From: an uncultured Clostridia bacterium
GTDB lineage: Bacteria; Acidobacteriota; Aminicenantia; JBFLYD01; JBBIMS01
Length of the DNA stretch: 64,000 bases
NCBI GenBank assembly: GCA_964531645.1
Contig: CAZHEF010000001.1
Span: forward strand, 88,054 to 152,053
Direction of reading: 5' to 3'
Shown here: one piece after another, positions 43,432-52,616 of the stretch
Layout of the letters: every line of letters begins with the position of its first letter
How positions within the stretch are numbered: the first letter of the stretch is position 1
Translations under genes and position numbers: made by a program
The notes under the pieces: generated by a model
Database searches by the model: none
What the model saw: the letters and a program-made list of their open reading frames with translations, nothing else
What the model was told of the DNA's origin: nothing

Positions 43432-44745
43432 TCATCTTTCAGGAGCTGTCTCCTCTACAATTTCAATTGCTCTTTCAAAATTGCCTGTTTTAGCTATCTC
43501 ATTCACAACAATAAAAACAGCATTTCCACGCATATCCTCATCAATTATTTTGTTTGCAATCTCTAAGGCTTGATCAAATTTACCGGCTTTAGCCATATCT
43601 TCTATAATGTATCTTAATGTCCAGAATCGCTCTTTATAGTCTGATATACTCTTTGCAAGCTTAAAAGCCATCTCAAATTCACCCACATCAGCCATATCCA
43701 TCCAATGTACCTGAGCTTATCAAATCGTTTTTCTGAGTCCAGTATTCTTTGAGCAGTTTCAATGGCTTTATTAAATAGAAGATGCTTCCTGTCTATTTCC
43801 TCTCATTGCCATGTTTTTAGCAATTGAAGTGAGGGCATTAATAAGAAAACTTTCATCCCTTATCCTGTGACAAATTTCAAGAGCCTTATGAAACTCTCCC
43901 CTCTTTGCAAGCCAGGGGGGAGTTTTAATACCTTCAACAAGTTCAAGAGCCTTATCAAAGTAACCAGTAAAGGGCAGAATAGCTACTATCTTCTTCCATG
44001 CTTAGAACAATCTCAGTTGCTTTTTCAAAGTTTCCTGCCTTTGCAAGTTTTTTTACTATTTCAGCGATCGCCCTATCGCATCTTTTTTTATCAGACATTT
44101 TTGAGGTTAATTCAATGGCTTGTTCAAATCTATCCCTTTCACAAGGGAAAAAGCAATTGAACAAAGGATGGAGTATTGGAAATCTGGATCACTAACCTTT
44201 TGAGAAACCTCAAAAGCCTCTCTAAATTTCCCTTTCTCAACCATAATTTCTGCAATGGTCTCAAAAAGACTTTAACGGGTATCTTCTTTAGGGATTTTCT
44301 TCGCAATTTCAAGATCATGCTTGAAAAAAACCGCTTTCAGCCAATTCCCTCACAATATAATATCGGGCACATTTACATTCTTCAGACTCTCCTTATTTAA
44401 CCATCTTCTCTATAATAGATTTAAATGCCCCATAGTTATACTCCTCATCAGTTATTTTAAGGGAAAGTTCAATGGCTTCATTAAATTTTCCTTTTTCAGC
44501 CATATAAGATGCAATTGTATAGAATGCGGAAGAGCGGGAATAATTCGGCAATGCAGGAGCCGCCATAGATAAAACTTCTTCAGGTTCTTCTTTCTCAACT
44601 TCCCCTGAAACATCTATCGGAATAAGCTCCTTAAGGGATTTATTAGTATGTCGGTAATAATATCCTATGCTAATTAAGACTATTCCTACTGTGAAAAGAA
44701 CAATAAAAAATATTAACCTTATTTTCTTCTTGTGTAGAAACTTAA
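43432..44745 (-). pseudogene. Membrane-anchored repeat protein with about 10 tandem 34-38-aa repeats (consensus A-K-x-G-K/N-F-E/D-x-A-I/L-E-I/L), broken by multiple frameshifts and stops
   Basis: Minus-strand translation gives 'LAKAGNFEKATEIV', 'IAKTGNFERAIEIVEE', 'MAKAGKFDQALEIANKI', 'MAEKGKFNEAIELSLKI', 'VEKGKFREA' in at least three different frames. An N-terminal TM segment is encoded near 44650-44720. Confidence 0.55.
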
Positions 44746-44905
44746 CCCTTTCATTCCTTCAATCTCCCTTTTCAAATATATGTAAGATTTTTTATGATGT
44801 AAAATCAACTTTTCTTTTTAACTAATATATAAACTACGGTTAGAAAAATAAAAATGGGTGAAAACCAAATAGCTTACAGCTGTTAGTTCATAGCTGTCAG
44901 CTAAT

Positions 44906-44940
44906 ATTGACAATTTTGTAGTATTGGATTATTTTATTAA
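44906..44940 (+). promoter_or_regulatory. Candidate sigma70-type promoter for tRNA-Val (TTGACA, then about 17 nt, then TATTTT)
   Basis: 'ttgacaattttgtagtattggattatttt' read directly upstream of the tRNA. Confidence 0.3.
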
Positions 44941-44946
44941 TTGTTT

Positions 44947-45021
44947 GGGCGGTTAGCTCAGCGGTAGAGCACTGGTCTTACACGCCGGGGGTCAGAGGTT
45001 CAAATCCTCTACCGCCCACCA
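44947..45021 (+). tRNA. tRNA-Val (anticodon TAC) with encoded 3' CCA
   Basis: Manual fold: acceptor GGGCGGT/ACCGCCC, D-arm GCTC-AGCGGTA-GAGC, anticodon loop CTTACAC, T-arm AGAGG-TTCAAAT-CCTCT, terminal ACCA. Confidence 0.85.
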
Positions 45022-45342
45022 TGATATTTATTTAAAGGGTGCTCTTTTATAATAGGTTGGTTCCTCTAAAAATCCGATCATAATATCCACTTTTATTTCG
45101 TCTTCCCATAGGGGAAAGGATTGATGTGAGAGGGAGTAAAAATAAGGAAAAGGTTTGCTCCTTTGAACCAAAATAGCTTTAGCTAGGAGCTGTTCGCTGT
45201 TAACCATTCTGGGGAGAGTATTTTGGAAAAACTAACCTGATATATTTTTATTCCTTGAAGAAAATTTATGGTGTAATGTAGCTTGTGTTCTTGATTACTT
45301 TATAATTTATTAAATAATATATAAATTTGGAAGGAGGAATAA

Positions 45343-45540
45343 ATGTCTAAAGCACAAGCAAAATTAACACCCGTTGAAATTATAAGAGCGATTGAGAATC
45401 TTACTCCTGATGAGTTGGAGACTTTATTTATAATGCTTGATAGAGAGCTTGCTGGCGAGCTTCTGCTCAGGAGAGAGGAGGCAAAAGAAGAATTTAGAAA
45501 GGATGAGCTTCGGACAAAAGAAGAGATTTTTAAAGATTGA
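45343..45540 (+). CDS. Type II antitoxin, putative addiction-module component (TIGR02574-like)
   Basis: 65-aa acidic protein 'LTPVEIIRAIENLTPDELETLFIMLDREL' with a strong AAGGAGG RBS. It sits immediately upstream of, and overlaps, a ParE/RelE-like reading frame. Confidence 0.5.
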   Translation: MSKAQAKLTPVEIIRAIENLTPDELETLFIMLDRELAGELLLRREEAKEEFRKDELRTKEEIFKD

Positions 45541-45831
45541 TTGAGTTAAAATTCTCAATAGCTACAGAGAAAGATATAAAAAAAATTAGATAAAAAGATT
45601 TAAACAGTTCTTCTAAATGAGCATATACCTAAAATTGAGAAAAATTCATATTGTGGATTTGCATTAAAATATGGATTTGAGGGGCTTTATTCCTATCACT
45701 TTAGTTATGGTGGAAATCAGTATCGAATCGTTTATGAAATTTACAAAGAATATAAAATCGCGGTGGTCATCATGGTTGGTCCGAGAGAGCGATTTTATGA
45801 ACGCCTTCGTCAAAGGATAAGTAATAAATAA
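45537..45831 (+). pseudogene. RelE/ParE family toxin, disrupted. The N-terminal 18 codons are in one frame and the C-terminal 76 codons in another, with stops in all three frames in between.
   Basis: Frame 0 'LIELKFSIATEKDIKKIR*'. Frame +1 '...LNEHIPKIEKNSYCGFALKYGFEGLYSYHFSYGGNQYRIVYEIYKEYKIAVVIMVGPRERFYERLRQRISNK*'. An A8 homopolymer lies at the junction (45578-45585). Confidence 0.55.
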
Positions 45832-45903
45832 TTTTAAAGCATGACCTTACTCCTTTGATTTGTTTAATGAATTTGATAAAATTTACATGAAAGGCAAGAA
45901 AAG

Positions 45904-47457
45904 ATGAAAATATTGAATTCTTTTCAAATGAGGGAGGTGGATAGGAAAGCAATAAATGAATTGGGAATTCCAGGTGTTGTATTGATGGAGAATGCCGGAA
46001 GGTCCGCTTTTGAAGAGATTGCAAGAAGATTTCCTGATTTTAGAAAGAAGAAAATTTCCATCCTTTGCGGGAAAGGAAACAATGGAGGTGATGGTTTCGT
46101 AATTGCCCGCCATTTGATTAATAATGGCTCAAACCCGGATGTTTATCTTTTTGGTAATGAGGAGGATGTCAAAGGTGATGCAAGAATAAATCTTTTTATT
46201 CTTTCAAAAATGGGAATAAAAATAAAAAAAATCAACCAGGAAGAAGATTGGGAAATATTTAAAGGAGAAGTGAAGGAATCTGAGATAATTATTGATTCTA
46301 TTTTTGGAACAGGTTTTCAGGGAAGAATTGAAGGATTACTGGAAAGAATCTTCTCAGATATAAACACTTTTCAGGGATATAAGATTTCAATTGATATTCC
46401 TTCAGGGCTTTCATCCGATACCTTTATGGTAAAGGAACCATCTCTTAAGGCAGACCTCACAATAACTATGGCAGCCCCCAAATTACCTCATATTTTTTCC
46501 CCTGCATCAGAGAAAGTTGGAGAATTTGTGGTTGCAGATATTGGTATTCCAGAGTCCTTGTTTGAAAATCCATCATATTTTTTGGAATTGATCACAGAAA
46601 AAAGGATTGCAAATTCAAAAATATTTAAAAGGAGGAAAAGGGATTCCCATAAAGGAGACTATGGTCATGTTTTAGTTATAGCAGGTTCTTTTGGAAAGAC
46701 AGGAGCTGCTGTCCTTGCAGGTCTTGCTGTCTTAAAGGCTGGCGCTGCCCTTGTCACAATCGCTACTCCAAAATCTTGTCTTCCCATAATTGCCTCTTCT
46801 GCACCTGAGCTTATGACATTCCCCCTTGATGAGAGTGAGGAAGGGACTATTTCTGAAAGTGCCATTTCATCTGTCTTGAAATTTGCAGAGGATAAAGATG
46901 CAATTATTCTTGGACCAGGTATTACAACCAATTCCTCAACAGTAGAATTTGTGATTGAGTTTATTAAAAAAATTGAAATACCGTGCATTGTCGATGCGGA
47001 TGGAGTTAATTCCCTCGCCTCTTTTCCTTCTGTTGTAAGGGGGAAATCCAATATTGCTCTTACCCCTCATCCCGGGGAGTTAGGAAGGGTCCTCAAAATT
47101 ACTCCGAGGGATATTTTAAATAATAGAATTGAAATTGTGAGAAACTTTGCCCTGGAAAATGGTTGCTACATTTCCCTTAAAGGATGGAGGACATTGATAG
47201 GTGAGCCGAAGGGAGGTGTTTTTGTGAATCCCACTGGAAACCCTGGAATGGCTACAGGAGGTTCAGGAGATGTTCTTTCAGGTATTTTAGGAGGTTTTCT
47301 TGCCCAGACAGGAGATATTCTTGAATCTCTCATTTCAGGAGTTTATTTGCATGGTTTGAGCGGTGATATTGGAGCTGAAAAGAGAGGAGAGATTTCCCTT
47401 ACTGCAATGGATATTCTTGAGAATTTACCAGATGCCATTGGAAGATTTTTACAATAA
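45904..47457 (+). CDS. nnr: Bifunctional NAD(P)H-hydrate repair enzyme Nnr (YjeF-N epimerase + YjeF-C ADP-dependent dehydratase)
   Basis: 'ILCGKGNNGGDGFVIARHL' YjeF-N motif. C-terminal carbohydrate-kinase-like domain with 'GSGDVLSG'. Confidence 0.85.
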   Translation: MKILNSFQMREVDRKAINELGIPGVVLMENAGRSAFEEIARRFPDFRKKKISILCGKGNNGGDGFVIARHLINNGSNPDVYLFGNEEDVKGDARINLFILSKMGIKIKKINQEEDWEIFKGEVKESEIIIDSIFGTGFQGRIEGLLERIFSDINTFQGYKISIDIPSGLSSDTFMVKEPSLKADLTITMAAPKLPHIFSPASEKVGEFVVADIGIPESLFENPSYFLELITEKRIANSKIFKRRKRDSHKGDYGHVLVIAGSFGKTGAAVLAGLAVLKAGAALVTIATPKSCLPIIASSAPELMTFPLDESEEGTISESAISSVLKFAEDKDAIILGPGITTNSSTVEFVIEFIKKIEIPCIVDADGVNSLASFPSVVRGKSNIALTPHPGELGRVLKITPRDILNNRIEIVRNFALENGCYISLKGWRTLIGEPKGGVFVNPTGNPGMATGGSGDVLSGILGGFLAQTGDILESLISGVYLHGLSGDIGAEKRGEISLTAMDILENLPDAIGRFLQ

Positions 47458-47869
47458 AACATTTTTTTCTGAATCTGAAGAAGAAACCCTTTCATTGGCA
47501 AGGGAAATAGGGAGAGAACTTAAAGGGAAAGAGATTATATTACTGGAAGGGGAACTGGGAGCAGGTAAAACTTTATTTGTTAAAGGTCTTGCTGAAGGAG
47601 CTGGTGTGGATGACCCTGATGAGGTCACTTCTCCATCCTTCACAATTTTGAATATTTATTATGGGAAATTTCCCATCTATCATTTCGATTTTTACAGGGT
47701 TGAGGATGACCCTGAAACAGAGCTTACTGATTTCCTTGGAGAAGGGGTTGTAGTGGTAGAATGGGCGGACAGACTGAGGAGAGAATTAAACGGGATTTAC
47801 ATTAAAATTGAAATTTTAGACGAAAGCAAGAGAATGATTTATATTTCTATCAGTCGATTTTATGGATAA
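47432..47869 (+). CDS. tsaE: tRNA threonylcarbamoyladenosine biosynthesis protein TsaE. Internal ATG start; overlaps the nnr 3' end.
   Basis: 'LEGELGAGKTLFVKGL' P-loop, 'SPSFTI', about 145 aa. Confidence 0.75.
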   Translation: MPLEDFYNKTFFSESEEETLSLAREIGRELKGKEIILLEGELGAGKTLFVKGLAEGAGVDDPDEVTSPSFTILNIYYGKFPIYHFDFYRVEDDPETELTDFLGEGVVVVEWADRLRRELNGIYIKIEILDESKRMIYISISRFYG

Positions 47870-47979
47870 TAGTTTAGTTCTTTCAAAAATCTGATTTATA
47901 TGAGGCAAAATAGATAAAAAGTTAAATAGCATTCCTCAAAATTGCTGTCAGATGTAAGCTGTAAGATTTGCGGTAGAAA

Positions 47980-49302
47980 CTATTTCAACTCTTTGGAAAT
48001 AATCTCTCCTTTCCTACGAGGTGGCATTATGTAAATGGAAATTAGACTTTCAAATCCGTTTTTTCCAACTGCTGAGACTCCGAATGTCCAGTCATCTATT
48101 GAAACATCCTTTAAAATAAATTCCAGCTCCTTCCCTGCTGAAAAACTCCTCTCCCAGAAGGGTGATTTTGTATCTCTTATATAAACTTTAAATTCAGATA
48201 TTTTTTCCATATCTTCATCCAATTTCCATCTAAGATGGGCATCGTAACCTTTGCCTCTTCCTATTAAAGGATTGTTATTTTCATCATTGACTTCAGGAGC
48301 TTTAGGAGCCATGGCGAGGGAGAGAAGGGAGACAGCCACAATTCTTGCAACATTTGCGCAGTATGGAACAGAGAGATTTTCAATTGTGTCCTGAGGGGAA
48401 TGTTGATTGGAATAATTTTCCCTTGCCTCAGTGAATCTAATTCCTGGAAAACCTTCAAGAACAAAGGGAGTGTGGTCTCCACCCCTTCCGAATCTGTCTG
48501 CTCTAAAAATTAAATCAACATTCATTGATGGAACAATTATTTCTGAAATTCTTTTCACATATCGAGCAAGTTCCCTTGAAGGCGAATCATTGGGGTCATC
48601 GGAGAATACCCTAACCCTTCCAGATTCTAAGAAACCATTGCCTGCCAATACATTTGATATCATGTCCATTGTTATAACTGCTTTGATATCTTTAGAAAGG
48701 GATTTCATCTTCCCTGCATAAAGGGTGCTTCCAACAAGACCCTGTTCCTCACCTGCAAAAGCAATAAAATGAATGGTTGCTTCTGTATCAAATTCACTTA
48801 TTACCTTTGCTATTTCGATTAAAGCAGAGATGCCCGATGCATCGTCATTGGCTCCAGGAGCAGGAGTATTCCAGTCTTCGTAATTAAATTTTCCATCCTT
48901 TGATACTGAGATTGTATCATAATGGGCATTGACTATAATTATTCTCTCCTTCTTTGATTTCCCTTCTTTTATTGCAACAATGTTGTGAAGCTCTGTGTCT
49001 TTAACTATTCTTCTACCCTGCTTTGGAAGAAAATAACTGTCATAACTAACTTTAAGCCCCTTTATTTTTGAAAATTCATTAAATATCCATCTTCTTGCTC
49101 CACCTATTCCGAATTTCTCTGAATTCTGTTCTGAAAGGGTATTTCTCGTTCCAAAACTCTGAAGAGCTTTTATTGTCTTTGCAATATTTTCCTCTGAAAT
49201 AGCGCCAGCTACTTTCCTTAAAATGGCATCCCTTTCAAATTCTGTGGAGAAACTCAAGGATGTAAAAATTGACAATACTATGAATATTATTGTCTTTCTC
49301 AT
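47980..49302 (-). CDS. Secreted M28 family zinc aminopeptidase with a C-terminal Fn3-like domain
   Basis: Signal peptide. Zinc ligand blocks 'NAHYDT', 'GANDDASGISALIE', 'FIAFAGEEQGLVGS', 'DMIS'. Confidence 0.75.
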   Translation of the reverse strand: MRKTIIFIVLSIFTSLSFSTEFERDAILRKVAGAISEENIAKTIKALQSFGTRNTLSEQNSEKFGIGGARRWIFNEFSKIKGLKVSYDSYFLPKQGRRIVKDTELHNIVAIKEGKSKKERIIIVNAHYDTISVSKDGKFNYEDWNTPAPGANDDASGISALIEIAKVISEFDTEATIHFIAFAGEEQGLVGSTLYAGKMKSLSKDIKAVITMDMISNVLAGNGFLESGRVRVFSDDPNDSPSRELARYVKRISEIIVPSMNVDLIFRADRFGRGGDHTPFVLEGFPGIRFTEARENYSNQHSPQDTIENLSVPYCANVARIVAVSLLSLAMAPKAPEVNDENNNPLIGRGKGYDAHLRWKLDEDMEKISEFKVYIRDTKSPFWERSFSAGKELEFILKDVSIDDWTFGVSAVGKNGFESLISIYIMPPRRKGEIISKELK

Positions 49303-49305
49303 TTT

Positions 49306-52300
49306 TTATTTCTTTGGATACGGAGGAACTGGAGGAAGTTTCTGCTCCTTTGTCTTCAACTCATCAAGAATCACCTCAATTGCCTTTTCAAGTTGTTGGT
49401 CTACACCCTCAAATTCCTTTGCAGGGTCATTGTCAACAAATATATCGGGTTCAACACCTTGTCCTTCTATTATCCATTTCCCTTCAAGTCCGAAAGTTGC
49501 AAATTCGGGTTTGTTCAAATATCCACCATCAGTAAGGGGTAAAGTTCCTCTAATACCAATAACTCCACCCCATGTTCTTTTACCTATCAATTTTCCGAGA
49601 TTATATTTTCTGAATCTATATGGGAATATATCTCCATCTGAGGCAGAGAATTCATCAATAAGACAGACCTTTGGACCCATTAAAAGGGCTGAAGGGTCAG
49701 GCTGAGGAATTGAGCCCCTTGCAATATCAACCATTGCAACTTCCCTTGCAAGTCTCTCTATTATCATTGGTGAAACATTTCCTCCTCCATTCCCTCTAAC
49801 ATCAATGATTAAAGCCTTCTTTCTAAGCTGGGGATAGAAGTGCTTTACAAACTCATTCAACCCTCTAACTCCCATATCAGGGATGTGGATATACCCAACT
49901 TTTCCATTTGTCGCTTTATCAACTTTTTCTATGTTCTTCTGAACCCAGTTGTAATAGTAGAGATTATTTTCATTCTCTATTGGAATTACAACGACATCCC
50001 TTGCTCCCGCTTCAGATGGCTTGCTATTCACTTTTATAGTAACTTGCTTTCCAGCTGTAGTAACGAGGGATTCATAAATATTCTCCATTTTATTTGTTAG
50101 ATTCCCATTTACAGCAATTATCCAATCGCCTTCTTTAACATTTATTCCAAGTTCAGTTAATGGAGACCTTAACGATTTATCCCAATTCTGTCCTTTCAAT
50201 ATTTTCTTTATTCGATAAAAACCTGTTTCCTTATCTTTTTCCAGCTGAGCTCCAAGCATTCCAATATTAACCCTTTTTACCTGAGGTAGATCTCCTCCTC
50301 CGACATATGTGTGTCCTGCGTTGAGCTCACCAATCATTTCTCCAATAACATATGTCAGGTCTGCCCTGTGATTTACAGCCTTTGCCAGTGACTCATACTG
50401 CTTTTTTACTTTTTCCCAGTTAACACCATGCATATTCGGGTCATAGAAAAAGTCTTTCATTTGCCTCCAGCACTCTTCAAATATCTGTGCCCATTCAGCC
50501 TTTCTATCAAGTTTCATTTCCATATTAGAAAGGTCGAGTTTTTCATCTATTTTTATTGGTGCGGTGGGAAGGTCTATTATTGCAAAGGTTCTCTCCTGGG
50601 AGACGAGCATTTTTTTGCCATCCTTAGAGATAACAAATGAATTTACACTTCCAAGTTCCTTCTCTTCTTGCTTTTTCAAATCGTAGAATTTTAAAACAGC
50701 CCTTTGGTCCCTGTCGCCCCTCTTCATGTAATAGAGCTTATCTCCCACAGATGATAGATTCAAGTAATTAGCAACTTCTATGGGCAATCCAACAATTCTA
50801 TCCTTAATTTCTTCAGGGTCAACCTTTATAGATTTTGGTTTTTCCGCTTCTTTTTTAGTCTCTTCTTTTTTTACATCCTGTTTTTCAGGAGTTGGACTCT
50901 TTTGCTTTTCTGAAATCTCCACCTCATCACTCTTTGGCTCAAAGGGGGACTTTTCTTCTACAGATAATGTGACAAGATAAATCCTTGACATGGAAAGATA
51001 GGCATGATTAAACTCAGTCCTGCTGTAAACAGGATTGAAATCTCTGTCTGAAACAAAGAATAGATATTTTCCATCAGAGCTGAAATGGGGAGATGTAGAG
51101 TTATACCAGCCATCAGTTACCTCATAGGTCTTTTTGTTGGTCAGGGAATAAAGATAGATCTTTGTCATTCCTTCCACTTCTGGTTTTGCATAAGCAATCC
51201 AGTTGCTATCAGGAGACCATGTGTAGGAACGGATCTCCCAGCTTGTCCCTTTTGCAACTTCCACAGCATCCTTTGAATCAATATCAACATAATTTAATCG
51301 GAAATTCCTGTCAGACCACATTATCTTTTTGCTATCAGGTGACCAAATAATATCATATTTGTATGTATCAGCATCCTTTGTTATCTTAATTGGTTCTTTT
51401 GAACCATCCTGGGGCATTATGTATATTTCATCCCTTCCAGTTCTATCTGAAATAAATGCTATCCATTTACCGTCAGGAGACCAATTGGGGTCTCTTTCAT
51501 GAATTCCTGATGAATTTGTCAAATTCCTTGTATTTCCATGTTTTGCAGGAACTGTGAAAATTTCCCCCCTCGCTCCAAAAAGTGCTCTCTTTCCATCTGG
51601 GGAAATGTCAAAATAATTTATTTTGTCAGAGACTTTTACGATTTCCTCCCTTCCGGTGATTTGGTCATCAGCAATGTAGATTGTAATTTTTGAAGCTTTT
51701 TCAGTTTTAAGGTCAAATTTATAAATGAACCCTCCATTTTCAAAAACTATTGTATCAAGCCCAATCGATGGAAATTTTATATCGTAATCTTCAAAATTCG
51801 TAAGCTTTCTAATCTTCTTCGTTGGAATTTCGTAGACATAAAGATTCATCCTTGCATTTTCATCTCTGTCAGATAGAAAGTAAATCTTGTCTCCGTGCCA
51901 CATGGGTATTATATCAAGAGCAGGATTGTTAGTTATATTCTCAATCTTTTTTGTCTGAAAATCGTAAATCCACACATCATCAGCCATCCCACCCCTGTAT
52001 CTCTTCCAGGTTCTGAATTCCCGAAAGATTCTATTGTAAGCGAGCTTTTTTCCATCTGGAGAGAATGAACAGAAACCGCCCCTTGGAAAGGGAAGTTGCT
52101 CTGGAAGTCCACCATTTTTTGAAACAGTATAAAGTTGCCCGTTGAAATCGTTCCACTCCCTCATTCTTGAGCGAAAAATTATTTTCTCTCCATCAGGGGT
52201 CCATCCCATAACAATATTGTTTGGTCCCATTCTATCGGAGATATCGTCTCTGCTTAAAACTGGTGTGTAGGTCAATCTTTTTGGAATTCCACCCTCTGAA

Positions 52301-52572
52301 GGAACTAAATAAACCTCGCGATTCCCATCATACTCTCCTGTAAATGCAATGTATTTTCCATCAGGAGAGAATCTTGCAAAACATTCATATCCAGAATGAG
52401 ATGTAAGTTTTCTTGCAATTCCGCCACTCACGGGAACAATGTATAAATCTCCAGCGTAGGTGAAAACTATCTGGTCTTTGTAAATCGCTGGAAACCTCAA
52501 AACCCTTGCCTCTTCAAGGGCAAAGGAAAATGAAATTAAAAAGAAAAATAATAAAAAATAAAACTTCTTCAT
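49306..52572 (-). CDS. Tricorn protease homolog. Has a signal peptide, tandem TolB-like beta-propellers, PDZ, and a C-terminal S41-like peptidase domain. Preferred start is the ATG at 52572.
   Basis: About 1090 aa with repeated 'SPDGK' propeller blades in the N-terminal two thirds and a C-terminal tail-specific-protease-like domain ('IIDVRGNGGG', 'VCLIDEFSASDGDIF'). Confidence 0.7.
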   Translation of the reverse strand: MKKFYFLLFFFLISFSFALEEARVLRFPAIYKDQIVFTYAGDLYIVPVSGGIARKLTSHSGYECFARFSPDGKYIAFTGEYDGNREVYLVPSEGGIPKRLTYTPVLSRDDISDRMGPNNIVMGWTPDGEKIIFRSRMREWNDFNGQLYTVSKNGGLPEQLPFPRGGFCSFSPDGKKLAYNRIFREFRTWKRYRGGMADDVWIYDFQTKKIENITNNPALDIIPMWHGDKIYFLSDRDENARMNLYVYEIPTKKIRKLTNFEDYDIKFPSIGLDTIVFENGGFIYKFDLKTEKASKITIYIADDQITGREEIVKVSDKINYFDISPDGKRALFGARGEIFTVPAKHGNTRNLTNSSGIHERDPNWSPDGKWIAFISDRTGRDEIYIMPQDGSKEPIKITKDADTYKYDIIWSPDSKKIMWSDRNFRLNYVDIDSKDAVEVAKGTSWEIRSYTWSPDSNWIAYAKPEVEGMTKIYLYSLTNKKTYEVTDGWYNSTSPHFSSDGKYLFFVSDRDFNPVYSRTEFNHAYLSMSRIYLVTLSVEEKSPFEPKSDEVEISEKQKSPTPEKQDVKKEETKKEAEKPKSIKVDPEEIKDRIVGLPIEVANYLNLSSVGDKLYYMKRGDRDQRAVLKFYDLKKQEEKELGSVNSFVISKDGKKMLVSQERTFAIIDLPTAPIKIDEKLDLSNMEMKLDRKAEWAQIFEECWRQMKDFFYDPNMHGVNWEKVKKQYESLAKAVNHRADLTYVIGEMIGELNAGHTYVGGGDLPQVKRVNIGMLGAQLEKDKETGFYRIKKILKGQNWDKSLRSPLTELGINVKEGDWIIAVNGNLTNKMENIYESLVTTAGKQVTIKVNSKPSEAGARDVVVIPIENENNLYYYNWVQKNIEKVDKATNGKVGYIHIPDMGVRGLNEFVKHFYPQLRKKALIIDVRGNGGGNVSPMIIERLAREVAMVDIARGSIPQPDPSALLMGPKVCLIDEFSASDGDIFPYRFRKYNLGKLIGKRTWGGVIGIRGTLPLTDGGYLNKPEFATFGLEGKWIIEGQGVEPDIFVDNDPAKEFEGVDQQLEKAIEVILDELKTKEQKLPPVPPYPKK

Positions 52573-52616
52573 TTTTCCCTCCATACCCTTATTACGAAAT
52601 TTTTATTACAATTGTT

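Noticed and set aside
45022-45342. Integrase, IS or att-site duplication downstream of tRNA-Val
   Set aside because: No ORF and no obvious direct repeat of the tRNA 3' end was found by eye. The eroded-island idea is kept only as an inference.
45770-46113. Minus-strand 76-84-aa ORFs overlapping the toxin remnant and the nnr start
   Set aside because: They overlap the better-supported ParE/RelE frame and the nnr 5' end. No motifs, so likely spurious.
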